DNA of 64,000 bases from Candidatus Sericytochromatia bacterium. Lineage in GTDB: Bacteria > Cyanobacteriota > Sericytochromatia > S15B-MN24 > VGJW01. Below the pieces are notes generated by a model that saw nothing but the letters and a program-made list of their open reading frames with translations, made no database searches and was not told the DNA's origin. The stretch is taken from contig JAYKHS010000011.1 in NCBI GenBank assembly GCA_035285865.1, positions 64,001 to 128,000 of the forward strand, in the 5' to 3' direction. Of this stretch, positions 36,147 to 45,927 are shown in pieces (position 1 is the stretch's first letter; the number at the start of each line of letters is the position of its first letter). The translations under genes were made by a program, and so were the position numbers.

Positions 36147-37193
36147 TCAGGCGATGACGATGCGACCGCTTCCGGACACCACTTCCCCAATCGGCCAGCC
36201 GATAGCCCCACGATGGGCAAGTGCGGACAAGAACGAACCGGCGGCATCCTTGGGGAGTGCCACAAGCAAACCTCCGGAGGTCTGGGGATCGGATAGCACG
36301 GCAAGCACGCGGTCGGCTTCGGCAACCGCTACCTCGAGACGGTCGCCCAACGCTGCGAGGTTGCGCCGACCGCCTCCGGTACCGGACCAGCGGTCCATTA
36401 CCGCCGGGACCAACGTCATGACCGGCACTCCCTCCCAGTCCAGCCGAACGTCACAGGCCGAATCGGGAAACATCTCGCGCAGGTGCCCCAACAAGCCGTA
36501 ACCCGTCACGTCGGTCACCGCGTGGACCTGGAGATCTGCAAGGGCCTCGGCAGCCGTCCTGTTCGCCGTCTTCATCCAACGCAGCGGTTCCTCGAGGTCG
36601 GAATCTTCAATCAGATCTCTCATCCTTGCGCCTGTCAGCAGGCCGCTGCCAAGAGGCTTGGTCAGAATCAGCACGTCGCCGGGCACGGCTCCCACATTGC
36701 GCCAGACATGGGCCGGGTCCACCACACCTGTGACGGAGAGTCCGAAACGCGGCACATCCTCGTCCGTGGTGTGCCCCCCCAGAACGGCGACGCCGTGGGC
36801 TGCACAGACTTCCATGCTTCCGGCGAGGATCGCTCCCGCCAAACTGACATCCAAGTCATCGAATGGGAATCCCAGCAAGTTCAGGGCCGTCCGCGGCACC
36901 CCACCCATGGCCCAGACATCCGACAGCGCGTTGGTCGCCGCGATCCGCCCGAAGTCCCCCGGGTCATCAACCATCGGCGGAAAAAAGTCGACTGTCTGAA
37001 CCAAGGCGAGGTCGTCGCGCAGCAGGTAGACCCCGCCGTCGTCTGAGGTGGTGTAATCCACCAGCACACGCGGATCCCGGGGTACCGAAAGCTGTCCCAG
37101 AACCTGGGACAGGGCCGAAGGGCCAGCCTTGGCCGCTCAGCCACCGCTCGTCGCGAGCCGCGTCAGCCGAATGCGGTCTGCATCGCTAGCCAT
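36147..37193 (-). CDS. selD: Selenophosphate synthetase with selenocysteine at codon 19 (in-frame TGA)
   Basis: Manual translation MASDADRIRLTRLATSGG-TGA-AAKAGPSALSQVL continues in frame into DDGGVY, QTVDFF, NALSDVWAMGG, GGHT, LTKPLG, TDVTGYGLLGH, DPQTSGGLL. Confidence 0.95.
37092..37112 (-). other. Putative bacterial SECIS hairpin in selD mRNA
   Basis: CUGUCCCAG-GUU-CUGGGACAG; the G-initial loop begins 33 nt after the UGA. Confidence 0.7.
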
Positions 37194-37201
37194 GCCGCAG
37201 T

Positions 37202-37522
37202 CTAGCACGCACGACCAGCGAGGACGCGATCAAGCGCGGATCGCGCACAGGCCTCGAGGCCGGCCTCCCGGGCCGCGGCGAAAAGCTCGCCGCGAACGTG
37301 CGGACCGTAGGCGAGTACGCGCCACCCGGCATCACGGGCTGCGCAGGCGAGTTCGAGCGCGTTCGGTTCGAGCAGATCGACGATGAACCAAGAATTCTCC
37401 GATGAAGGGAGGCCGGCCGGTACCTCGTGCCAGTGCCTGGCATCCAGCCCCAGGCCAGCAGCCATGGCCTCGATGCGACCCAACTCGAAGTAGTCCCTAC
37501 AGAGATGTGCCAACAAGGGCAT
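37202..37522 (-). CDS. Small degenerate receiver-like (CheY-fold) protein
   Basis: FIVDL...VLAYGPHV...AAREAG pattern; ends 8 nt before the selD start. Confidence 0.6.
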   Translation of the reverse strand: MPLLAHLCRDYFELGRIEAMAAGLGLDARHWHEVPAGLPSSENSWFIVDLLEPNALELACAARDAGWRVLAYGPHVRGELFAAAREAGLEACARSALDRVLAGRAC

Positions 37523-39815
37523 GCGTGCTCTCCTCGGCCGGCAGATCCAGCCACTGCTCTTCCGTTCGCGCCAGATGACGCGGCCGGATCGGATCGGGAC
37601 ACCACTGGATTGGCGGCAACAGCACGTGCCCACCCGAGCCCGCAGAGGCGTCCCAAACCAGACGATGGCGGCCTGCGGTAACGTAAGGCAGGCGCACCTC
37701 GAAGCTGCCCGATGCCAACTGGCGCACAACCAGATGCCGCTGGCCGAGTCTGACCCGAGGTGCCCCGCCCCCGGTCCAGGAGGTCCAGAGCAGCCGACCA
37801 GCCGGCAATTTTCGCGTGACTTGCCACATCAGCTCCCCGGTGACGCGTCGGCCAGAATACCGAGGCGCATCGGCGTGGCGCAGGGAACCTTCAGGCAGTG
37901 GGGTCGCCGGTCGCGAGTCCCCCCGGACATCTGCCTGCCAGACTACCGTGAGGCTGCCCGAATCCCATCCAGGGGCGCTGCCGACCTCCAACACATGTCG
38001 CGCTGGCTTGAGGCGACTGCCGACCAACTGCCAATGACGAGCCCCTCGAGATGGTCGCCCCGGGCCAAGCGCAACGCCGTCGAGCCAGAGGCCAGGTGGG
38101 GCGGCACTCGCGGCCATTGCCGGCACTCGGGCCTGCAGGGCCGCGAGGGCGTTCAGCACGGCAGCCGTCTGGACCGGTGTTTCCCAAGCCGGGCCAAGGC
38201 GCTGCTGGTCCAGCCAGCGGTAACCCGCAAGCAGGGCACCTGGCTCGACCCCGACGTCCAGCAGACCCTCCAGGGCCTCGGCCGTCACGGTCACCCCGCC
38301 ATCCCAGTACAGGAGGCCCGAAGCATTACCCTTTCGACGCGTCCAGAGATGGCGCGCCGCCTGCGTCGCTCTCGGGTGGCCCCAGGCTTGGGCCGCGCGC
38401 AGCACATGCAGCAGGTCCTGTTCACGAGTCCCCTGCGGTGGCGGCCACGATGCGGCGAACCACCCGGGCATAGGCACGCCTGAGACCGCAAGCACTTCGG
38501 CTTGCAAGGCTCGTCCGGCAAAGTCCCGAGGAGGTGAGGGGAACCGCGGAAGGACCGGCAACAGTGGCCCGACGAGCGGCTGCATCTGCCCACGGGCAAC
38601 GGCCTCGAGCTCCCCGGGCTTCCAGCCTGGCGGCACCGTGCCGGGCCAACCTCGAGGCAAGTCGACCCATGGGAGACGGCGCTTCAATCGAGCAAGCTGC
38701 ACCACCGTGGCTGCCCGAAGTTCCGGTGTCACCTCGTCAGCGCGAGCAAGCGCCCCGAGGGCTGGAAGGAAACCACCCCACGGATTCGCCGTAGCCAGTA
38801 CCTCAAGGCGCAAGGAACCCGGAACGACATCCCCCGGAAAGGCCACCTCGACCCTGGACGAACGTCCCGGCGGCAGAACCGCGCGACGTCCGAATCTGCG
38901 CCGCTGCCCCTCAACGCGCATCGAACGCTCGGATCGCCAGGACGGCAGCACCCCGTCAAGGCACCAGGCAAGTCGGTGCTCACCGGCCGCAAGCGCTGGA
39001 ATCTCCAGGCTACCCGTCAGTCGGGCGAAAGGTGGAATCGTACAGAAGCTCGTGTCAGCAAGCGGATTAGACCGCAATTCGGCCCCGGCCATGCGAACCG
39101 ACAGACGAAAGCGCGCGGGATCGGGCCCGGGATTGAGGACGGCCCAGGGCACCAGCGGGCGTTCCCCGTAACGCACGGCACGCGGTGCCCTGACCGTCAC
39201 GGAGCAGGTCGCCGCATCCGGTGCTACGGACTTCACGTCTCGGACATCTCCGGCACCGGCAAACCAGCCCGGTCGAGACCAAGGCCAGCGAAGGACCTGT
39301 TCCACCTGACCGGCATCGGCAGAAGGGGGGACAGTGATGCGATCCTCAAGCTGCCCGGCCCTGAGGCGAAGGTCCCGCGCTCGGCTTGCAGGCGGCCAGG
39401 CGATTCGGCCGTCGCGAATCAGGACAACGCCACTTTCTCGCCCCGGAGGCTCGGTCCACCACGCAAGCCCTGAGCCGACCGGGGTTCCGTCCACGCGACG
39501 CACCCACAAGCCTCCGACAGCAGGATGAACGCGCAAGGTTGCTGTCCGGCGCGCGTCGGCGCCGATTGGCCAGATTCCCGGGACTCCGGTACCCACCCAG
39601 TGCGAGCCGCCCTGCGATCGCAGCAGCTCCGTTCCGGTCGGCAAGCCCCTTAGCACCTGCCCGGAAAGGACACTCCGCGCGCGCGACTCCCACGACAAGG
39701 TGACCGTCTCGCGGGCGGACCATTCGGGAGCGGACGCGAACGCCCAAGTACCCGCCACCGTCAGGACCAGAGGGATCACGGCGGCGGCTGGGCGATTGAG
39801 GGCTGACTTTGACAC
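37497..39815 (-). CDS. Divergent, shortened alpha-2-macroglobulin-like secreted protein
   Basis: Signal peptide; VRAPRAVRYGE..VLN, YWDG..TAEALEGL, RWLDQQRLG.AWETPVQTAAVLNAL resemble the bacterial A2M C-terminal half; start uncertain. Confidence 0.55.
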   Translation of the reverse strand: MSKSALNRPAAAVIPLVLTVAGTWAFASAPEWSARETVTLSWESRARSVLSGQVLRGLPTGTELLRSQGGSHWVGTGVPGIWPIGADARRTATLRVHPAVGGLWVRRVDGTPVGSGLAWWTEPPGRESGVVLIRDGRIAWPPASRARDLRLRAGQLEDRITVPPSADAGQVEQVLRWPWSRPGWFAGAGDVRDVKSVAPDAATCSVTVRAPRAVRYGERPLVPWAVLNPGPDPARFRLSVRMAGAELRSNPLADTSFCTIPPFARLTGSLEIPALAAGEHRLAWCLDGVLPSWRSERSMRVEGQRRRFGRRAVLPPGRSSRVEVAFPGDVVPGSLRLEVLATANPWGGFLPALGALARADEVTPELRAATVVQLARLKRRLPWVDLPRGWPGTVPPGWKPGELEAVARGQMQPLVGPLLPVLPRFPSPPRDFAGRALQAEVLAVSGVPMPGWFAASWPPPQGTREQDLLHVLRAAQAWGHPRATQAARHLWTRRKGNASGLLYWDGGVTVTAEALEGLLDVGVEPGALLAGYRWLDQQRLGPAWETPVQTAAVLNALAALQARVPAMAASAAPPGLWLDGVALGPGRPSRGARHWQLVGSRLKPARHVLEVGSAPGWDSGSLTVVWQADVRGDSRPATPLPEGSLRHADAPRYSGRRVTGELMWQVTRKLPAGRLLWTSWTGGGAPRVRLGQRHLVVRQLASGSFEVRLPYVTAGRHRLVWDASAGSGGHVLLPPIQWCPDPIRPRHLARTEEQWLDLPAEESTHALVGTSL

Positions 39816-40294
39816 GGCAGTGGCCAGGGACGCACCACCACCATCGTACGGGAAAGCGGAGACGATTGGCCCTGCGACCCGGATGCGTGATATCTGGCCT
39901 CGAACATCGTGAGTGGCCCGATGCGCCACTCCGTTCCCTCGGTCCAATGCAGCAACCGATCGCCCTCGACCCACGCGTCACTCAGACCCGCTTCGGCGGG
40001 AGAATGCGACGTGCGACGAACAGCCCCATCCCAACAACCGAGCGCCTCGCCCAGCATGCCGACGGCACCAGTCGCATCCCCTTCGCCGACCAGCCAGAGT
40101 CGGTCGGCCCAACCGTCCACGGGACGACCGCGGGCGTCTCTGCCCGGGACGAAGAGTCGCCAACCGACAAGGCCCGGTAGCCGGAACTCCAGCACCGGCC
40201 ACGGGTAGCCCGCAGGTGGGGGAGCCGCACCGACGCGCTCCTCCAGCACCTGGACAGGGGGGCCGGACACGACGACATGCGGTTCCGCTTGCAT
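39776..40294 (-). CDS. Hypothetical protein
   Basis: ORF overlapping the start of the A2M-like gene in the same direction; no motif recognised. Confidence 0.45.
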   Translation of the reverse strand: MQAEPHVVVSGPPVQVLEERVGAAPPPAGYPWPVLEFRLPGLVGWRLFVPGRDARGRPVDGWADRLWLVGEGDATGAVGMLGEALGCWDGAVRRTSHSPAEAGLSDAWVEGDRLLHWTEGTEWRIGPLTMFEARYHASGSQGQSSPLSRTMVVVRPWPLPCQSQPSIAQPPP

Positions 40295-40443
40295 GCCGCA
40301 ATCGTGTTGCAAGTCCCGCAACCCGTGGACGGCCGTTCGGAACGAGGGGCCCTGTTCCCCTCCAACGTGGTTGAACCTTTGCCGCTCCGGGTAGGCCGTG
40401 CTAGGATGCCCACTGTTGGCCTTGTGCCATCCTCCACCCGTAG

Positions 40444-43400
40444 ATGATCGAGCCACTGCCCCACCGTTACCGGGTGATATCCACGCTCGGCCAAGGCGGC
40501 ATGGGTGTGGTCTACCGGGCCGAAGACACCCAGGATGGCCGCGAGGTTGCGGTCAAGGTGCTGTCCGCGCCCGAAGACGACGGCGAGGCGCTGTTCGGTT
40601 TCCGGCAGGAGTTCCGTACGATGGCGCGCCTGCGTCATCCGCACGCCGTCGAGGTCTACGACTTCGGCGAGACTCCCGGCGGCCAATCCTACTATTCGAT
40701 GGAAGTCGTCGAAGGCAGGGGACTCGACGAGGTCCTGCCGATGCCGGCCGAGACCGTTCGAGACGTCCTGATTCAGGTGCTCAGGGTCCTGGGCTTCGTC
40801 CACGGCCAAGGCCAGGTCCATTGCGACATCAAGCCCGAGAACCTCAGGCTCCGCCATGACGGTTCACTGAAGCTGATGGACTTCGGCCTGATGGTCGACG
40901 TGGGGTCCTCCGGCTCGACCATTCGCGGAACACTCGCCTACATGGCCCCGGAAGTCGCGCGTCGCGGCAAGCTTGATGGACGGGCCGACCTCTACTCGCT
41001 CGGGGCCGTGGCCTATCACCTGCTCACGGGGCAGGTGCCCTTCCCCGGCGACGACCCCGTGCTGGTCCTCAAGGCCCATCAGGATGAAGCGCCGCCCGCG
41101 CTGCCGGATGACGGAAGCGTCCCCGATGATCTCGTCCAGTTGGTTGATCGCCTCCTGCAGAAAGATCCACGCCATCGGCCGGCATCGGCTGCCGAAGCGC
41201 TCGCCGAGCTGGGCATCCAGACGGATGAGGAGCGCCGCACGCAACTGCTTGGCAGTCCGCTCGTCGGTCGCGCCACGGAGACTGCCGCCCTCCACGACGC
41301 CCTGGCGGGGCTGTCCGAAGGGCGGCCGGGTATCGTGACCATCACGGGCGAGCAGGGCATGGGCAAGTCCCGCCTGATCGACGAATTCCGCTTCCACGTC
41401 CAGTTGGAAGGCATCACGTACGTGGCCGGCAGTGCCCAGGGCACTGCCGTCCCCTACGGTCCATTCGCCCAGGTTCTGCGGGCCCTCGTGCCCGTCGTCC
41501 CGGCCGGGCTGCTCGATGCCCATCGTGGGGTACTGGCGCGGCTCATGCCCAGCCTTGCGCTGGAGCGGACGGTGGAGCTCGATCCGGATGAAGAGCAGGT
41601 ACGGCTGCGTGCGGCGTTCGCGGACCTTCTGGGTCACGCGGCCGAGCGCGGTGTGGTGCTTGTGCTTGATGACTGGCACGACGCGGACGAGCTGAGCCGC
41701 AAGATGCTGGACCACGTCCTGCGCAAGCTGGAGGACGGCCGATCGCTGGTGGTTCTGGGCGGTCAGCGGCTAGCGGTTCGCGGCAGCCTGCTGGAGCTCA
41801 AGGCACTGGATGCCGATGCAACGGGCGAGATGGTCCGGGCCATGCTCGGCACGAACCAGGTCGACGACGGGTTCGTCTCGGCGTTCCACCAGCTGACGGA
41901 CGGTCATCCCCTCTTCGCCGAGGCTTCGCTCCATCTGCTTCTCGAGCAGGACCTCCTGGTCCGGCGCGACGGGGCGTGGACGACTCGGGAACCGCTCGCG
42001 GCCCGACACCTGCCCAGCAGCGTGCAGGACCTGCTCAAGGGACAACTGGCGAGCCTCGGGGCCGATGCCCGCGATCTGGTCCTCGTCATGGCCCTGCTGG
42101 GCGAACCGGTTTCGCTCGGCTTGCTGGCCAGGATCCTGAATCTTGACGGCGAATCTCTGCTCGAGCGCGTGGAGCCACTCCGCGGGCAAGGTATCGTGGG
42201 CCAGGATGGCGATACGCTGCGGTTCGTGCAAAGCCAGTACATCCCGCTGCTGCGCGATGAGCATCGCGAAGGGGTGGCCGATTGGCACCAGCGCATCGCC
42301 GAAGCCTTGCTGCACCAGGCCGGTGGCGATCCCGAGGCCGTGCGGGAAGCCCGGATGGCAGGCCAGATGGCGCGACACTTCCTTGCCGCCGGTACGGATG
42401 CGCGCCGTGTGGTGATCGCCCTGGTAGCCGGCGAGGAGAATCTCAAGCTGTTCGCCCTGAGCGTGGCTCAGGAGTTTCTGATGGCAGGCCACGCCCTGCT
42501 GGGACCGGACAACGACGCCTTGTCGTTGCGTTACCTCTCGGCACTGGCCAATGTCGAGCGCTATCAGAACCTCACGGTAGAGGCCCTCGATCACGCCCGG
42601 CAGGCCTGCGTGCTGGCCGACCGACTCGAACGGCCGGCCGAGGCGGCCAATCTCTCCACGTCCATGGCCGTCCTGCACCAGATTCGTGCGGAGTTCGACG
42701 AGGCCCTGGCGTGCGTGACACGGGCAGAAGAACTCGCCCAGAAGCACGGTCTCGTCAAGGAGTGGCTGCGGGCGCTCAAGACGGCCTCTCGTATCCATTA
42801 CAAGCGGACCGACATCGTGCAGGCCATCGAGACCTGTCGCCGGGCGCTGCCTCTCGAGCACCTCGAGGGGGGGCCCCACGATGTCTCCGCGCACCAGGCC
42901 TTCCTGGGTTTCCTGCACGTGACGAACGAGGTGCCCGGTCTCACGACGCGGGAACGCATCGATCTCGGGGTGCGGTACCTCGAGCAGGCAGCCACCTTCC
43001 GCCGGACCTCGGGCGACAGGGTCGGACTGGCTGACAGCTTGAACCTGCTGGGCAACGCCCTCTGGCAGTTAGGTCGATTTGCAGAAGCCACGACGGCCTT
43101 CCGCGAGAACCTCGAAGTCACCACCGAACTTGGGGTCACGAACGACGAGGTCTGCGCGCTGATCAACCTCGCCATTCAGGCTGAGGAACGGGGGCAAGCC
43201 GACCAACTTGTCTCTTGGGGACGCGACGCCCTGCGTCGGTCCGAAGAAATTCGCAGCGACGACTATGCGTTCATTGCCGGCCACCTGCTGTCCCTGGGAC
43301 TGGCCCTCGAGGGTCGTGTAGACGAGGCCTTGATCGTCCGTTCCCAGGCGGATGCCATCCTTGATCGGGTCCCCGAAGGCGGGCGGATTTTCCTCGAACT

Positions 43401-45828
43401 GAACGTCCTGCCGTACGCGGCACAAGCCGACCTGGTCCTCGGTCGGACTTATGGGGCCCTCCAGGCGGCGAATCGGGCGTGGGAGCATACCGAGGCCACT
43501 GGCGTCCGCGAGTTCGAACAGCGAATTCTCGTGCTGCAGGGCGAGGCCTTGGTGCAGTTGGGAGAGGCAGCCGACGCCCTTGCTCTTTCGCGCCGCGCCA
43601 AGGCCATCGGCGAGGAGGTCGGCAGCCCCTCCACGGTGGCCCGTGCAGGCAGAGTCGAGGCCCAGGCGCTTTGGTCTCTCGGCGGGACCGACGAGGCGGT
43701 TGCCCTTCTGGAACCGGCGTGGACTGCTGCGGAAGCGTGCGGAGCAACGGGTGTTGCTCGGGATGTTGCCGAATTGGGCATCTCCCAGATGGTCGCACTT
43801 GGGGACCGCAAGGCCGCGAAACCGTGGCTGGACCGTTTGGAATCACTGGCCGATCTGCTGCCTGAGGCCGACGCGCAGGCGCGCCTGCAGATGGGCCGGG
43901 CAAGGGTTGCAGGGCGAAGCGAGGCCGGTGGCAAAGCTCTGGTTGCTGCTGCCCGATTGCTCGACGAACTGCTGGCCGGTCAGGATGCTGACCACGTCGA
44001 GGACTACATGTCCTTGGAGGTCCGCTGGGCCATCCGCCGGGGGGATCCGACCATCCCGGTCGTGCTGCGTGCCGACGAGGGGGTATCCGGGGCCGGTGGT
44101 GCCGATCTCCAGCGCCGTTACCTTCTGGCGCTCCAGGAAAATCGGACCCTGCAGACCGAACTCGAGAACGTGACACAGACCCGTGACCAGCTCGAGACGA
44201 TCGTCGACTTCTCGCGAAAGACCAGTCTCGAGAACAATCTGAACGAGCTCCTGCACCAGATCATGGACCAGATCGGGAATCTGATCGGGGCCGACAGGGG
44301 CTTTCTGCTGTTGGCAGACAGGGATGCCGACGGCAACGTCTACCTGAGGCCCAAGGCCACCTACAACATCTCCACTCAGGATCGTCGGCCCCAGACTTGG
44401 AAACGACCCGAGACCCTGGCCCGGACGGTCTTCGAGTCCGGACAAACCCTCTACATCGCCGATGTGCGCGACGGGACGGCCTCCGAAAGCACCCGGAGCG
44501 TGCTCGATCTCAATGTGCGGACCGTCCTATGCGTGCCCCTGCCCAGCCTTGATCTGTCGAACGGTTCATCGGGGCCCGCGATCGGTGTCATCTACTTGGA
44601 CAGGCAGGCCATAAACAATGCTTTCCAGGAGCGGGACCTGAAGCTGGTGGAGACACTCGCCTTGCAGGCTTCGCAGGCCATAGACAAGGCTCGCCTCTAC
44701 AGTTCCGTGACGGACAAGGCCCAGAAACTGGAGCACCTCAACGATCTCGCCAAGGTCGCCTCGACGACACTGGAGCTGCAGCGCGTTCTGGACGTCGTGG
44801 TGCGCAAGACCCTGCAGCATACCAATGCGGAACGCGCCTTCATCTTCCTCAAGGGCCCGGACGGGGGGCTGGTCTGCGAGCGAGCGATGAACAAGCAGGA
44901 GTTCGACATCCAGGACCAGCACGATCAGGTGTCCATGTCGGTCACGACCTCCGTCCTGCAGTCGGGAGAACCCGCCTGTCTCAGAGACACCCGAAACAAT
45001 TCGGTCTTCCAGGCCCAGAAGTCGATTCTTGACCTCGACCTCAGGACCGTGATGTGCGTGCCTTTGCGCCGACCCCAGCCCCCCCAGCAAACCGTTCGCA
45101 AGCACGACCAGGACAAGCGGAACCGCATGGCTCCCATGGAGACGCGTGCACCGCGGGAAGAGTACGTCGGCGTGCTCTATGTAGACTCCAAGGTCGTTGT
45201 CGAGGAGTTCTCGGACAAGGATCTTGCCCTGCTGGAATCGATCGCCAGCCTGGCGTCTTCGGCCATCTACAACGCACAGATGTACAAGCGGGCGACGGAG
45301 GACGCGCTCACCGGCCTGTATTTCCGTTCGTACCTCGAGACCCGCATGGAGGAGGAAGCCCACAGGGCACAACGAACGGGTGGCGAGCTGTCCATTCTCC
45401 TTAGTGACATCGACCACTTCAAGCGCTTCAACGACACCTACGGCCACGCCGTAGGCGACGACGTCCTGCGTCACGTGGCTCAGACCATCCGCAAGACCAT
45501 CCGCGAGGACGACGTTGCCTCGCGATTCGGGGGAGAGGAGATGGTCGTGCTCATGCCGGATACGGGGCCTGCGGGTGCAGCCGTGCTGGCCGAGCGCCTT
45601 CGAGCCTCCATCGAGTCGAACCCGCTGCCCGGCTCGGACGGCGAACCGCTCAAGGTCACGGTAAGCATTGGCCACGCCTCGCTCCAGCCCGGAGAAGAGC
45701 CCAAGCACATGCTGGAGCGGGCAGACCTCGCGATGTACCGTTCCAAGCATGGCGGCAGGAATCGCGTTTCGGCCGCTGAGGAGCAGAGCAGCGTCAGCGG
45801 CGACCCTGCCCCTCAGGGCCATGGCTGA
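40444..45828 (+). CDS. Ser/Thr kinase - AAA/STAND ATPase - TPR - GAF - GAF - GGDEF diguanylate cyclase
   Basis: GQGGMG, VAVK, HCDIKPEN, DFG, APE; Walker A GEQGMGKS and Walker B VLVLDD; two GAF domains (TVLCVPL, TVMCVPL); DIDHFKRFNDTYGH, REDD I-site, GGEEM. Confidence 0.95.
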   Translation: MIEPLPHRYRVISTLGQGGMGVVYRAEDTQDGREVAVKVLSAPEDDGEALFGFRQEFRTMARLRHPHAVEVYDFGETPGGQSYYSMEVVEGRGLDEVLPMPAETVRDVLIQVLRVLGFVHGQGQVHCDIKPENLRLRHDGSLKLMDFGLMVDVGSSGSTIRGTLAYMAPEVARRGKLDGRADLYSLGAVAYHLLTGQVPFPGDDPVLVLKAHQDEAPPALPDDGSVPDDLVQLVDRLLQKDPRHRPASAAEALAELGIQTDEERRTQLLGSPLVGRATETAALHDALAGLSEGRPGIVTITGEQGMGKSRLIDEFRFHVQLEGITYVAGSAQGTAVPYGPFAQVLRALVPVVPAGLLDAHRGVLARLMPSLALERTVELDPDEEQVRLRAAFADLLGHAAERGVVLVLDDWHDADELSRKMLDHVLRKLEDGRSLVVLGGQRLAVRGSLLELKALDADATGEMVRAMLGTNQVDDGFVSAFHQLTDGHPLFAEASLHLLLEQDLLVRRDGAWTTREPLAARHLPSSVQDLLKGQLASLGADARDLVLVMALLGEPVSLGLLARILNLDGESLLERVEPLRGQGIVGQDGDTLRFVQSQYIPLLRDEHREGVADWHQRIAEALLHQAGGDPEAVREARMAGQMARHFLAAGTDARRVVIALVAGEENLKLFALSVAQEFLMAGHALLGPDNDALSLRYLSALANVERYQNLTVEALDHARQACVLADRLERPAEAANLSTSMAVLHQIRAEFDEALACVTRAEELAQKHGLVKEWLRALKTASRIHYKRTDIVQAIETCRRALPLEHLEGGPHDVSAHQAFLGFLHVTNEVPGLTTRERIDLGVRYLEQAATFRRTSGDRVGLADSLNLLGNALWQLGRFAEATTAFRENLEVTTELGVTNDEVCALINLAIQAEERGQADQLVSWGRDALRRSEEIRSDDYAFIAGHLLSLGLALEGRVDEALIVRSQADAILDRVPEGGRIFLELNVLPYAAQADLVLGRTYGALQAANRAWEHTEATGVREFEQRILVLQGEALVQLGEAADALALSRRAKAIGEEVGSPSTVARAGRVEAQALWSLGGTDEAVALLEPAWTAAEACGATGVARDVAELGISQMVALGDRKAAKPWLDRLESLADLLPEADAQARLQMGRARVAGRSEAGGKALVAAARLLDELLAGQDADHVEDYMSLEVRWAIRRGDPTIPVVLRADEGVSGAGGADLQRRYLLALQENRTLQTELENVTQTRDQLETIVDFSRKTSLENNLNELLHQIMDQIGNLIGADRGFLLLADRDADGNVYLRPKATYNISTQDRRPQTWKRPETLARTVFESGQTLYIADVRDGTASESTRSVLDLNVRTVLCVPLPSLDLSNGSSGPAIGVIYLDRQAINNAFQERDLKLVETLALQASQAIDKARLYSSVTDKAQKLEHLNDLAKVASTTLELQRVLDVVVRKTLQHTNAERAFIFLKGPDGGLVCERAMNKQEFDIQDQHDQVSMSVTTSVLQSGEPACLRDTRNNSVFQAQKSILDLDLRTVMCVPLRRPQPPQQTVRKHDQDKRNRMAPMETRAPREEYVGVLYVDSKVVVEEFSDKDLALLESIASLASSAIYNAQMYKRATEDALTGLYFRSYLETRMEEEAHRAQRTGGELSILLSDIDHFKRFNDTYGHAVGDDVLRHVAQTIRKTIREDDVASRFGGEEMVVLMPDTGPAGAAVLAERLRASIESNPLPGSDGEPLKVTVSIGHASLQPGEEPKHMLERADLAMYRSKHGGRNRVSAAEEQSSVSGDPAPQGHG

Positions 45829-45927
45829 CGCATAGTCCTATCGGCCGGTCTGTTCCCTGCCCTGTGGTTTTGACTTGTACCTCGCGGGGCAATTTTCCGT
45901 TGGGTCCATCTCTGTCGAGGTCATCGC

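Noticed and set aside
37137..37139. selD as a nonsense pseudogene
   Set aside because: The TGA is exactly at the catalytic Cys/Sec site with a SECIS-like hairpin, and the rest of the gene is intact.
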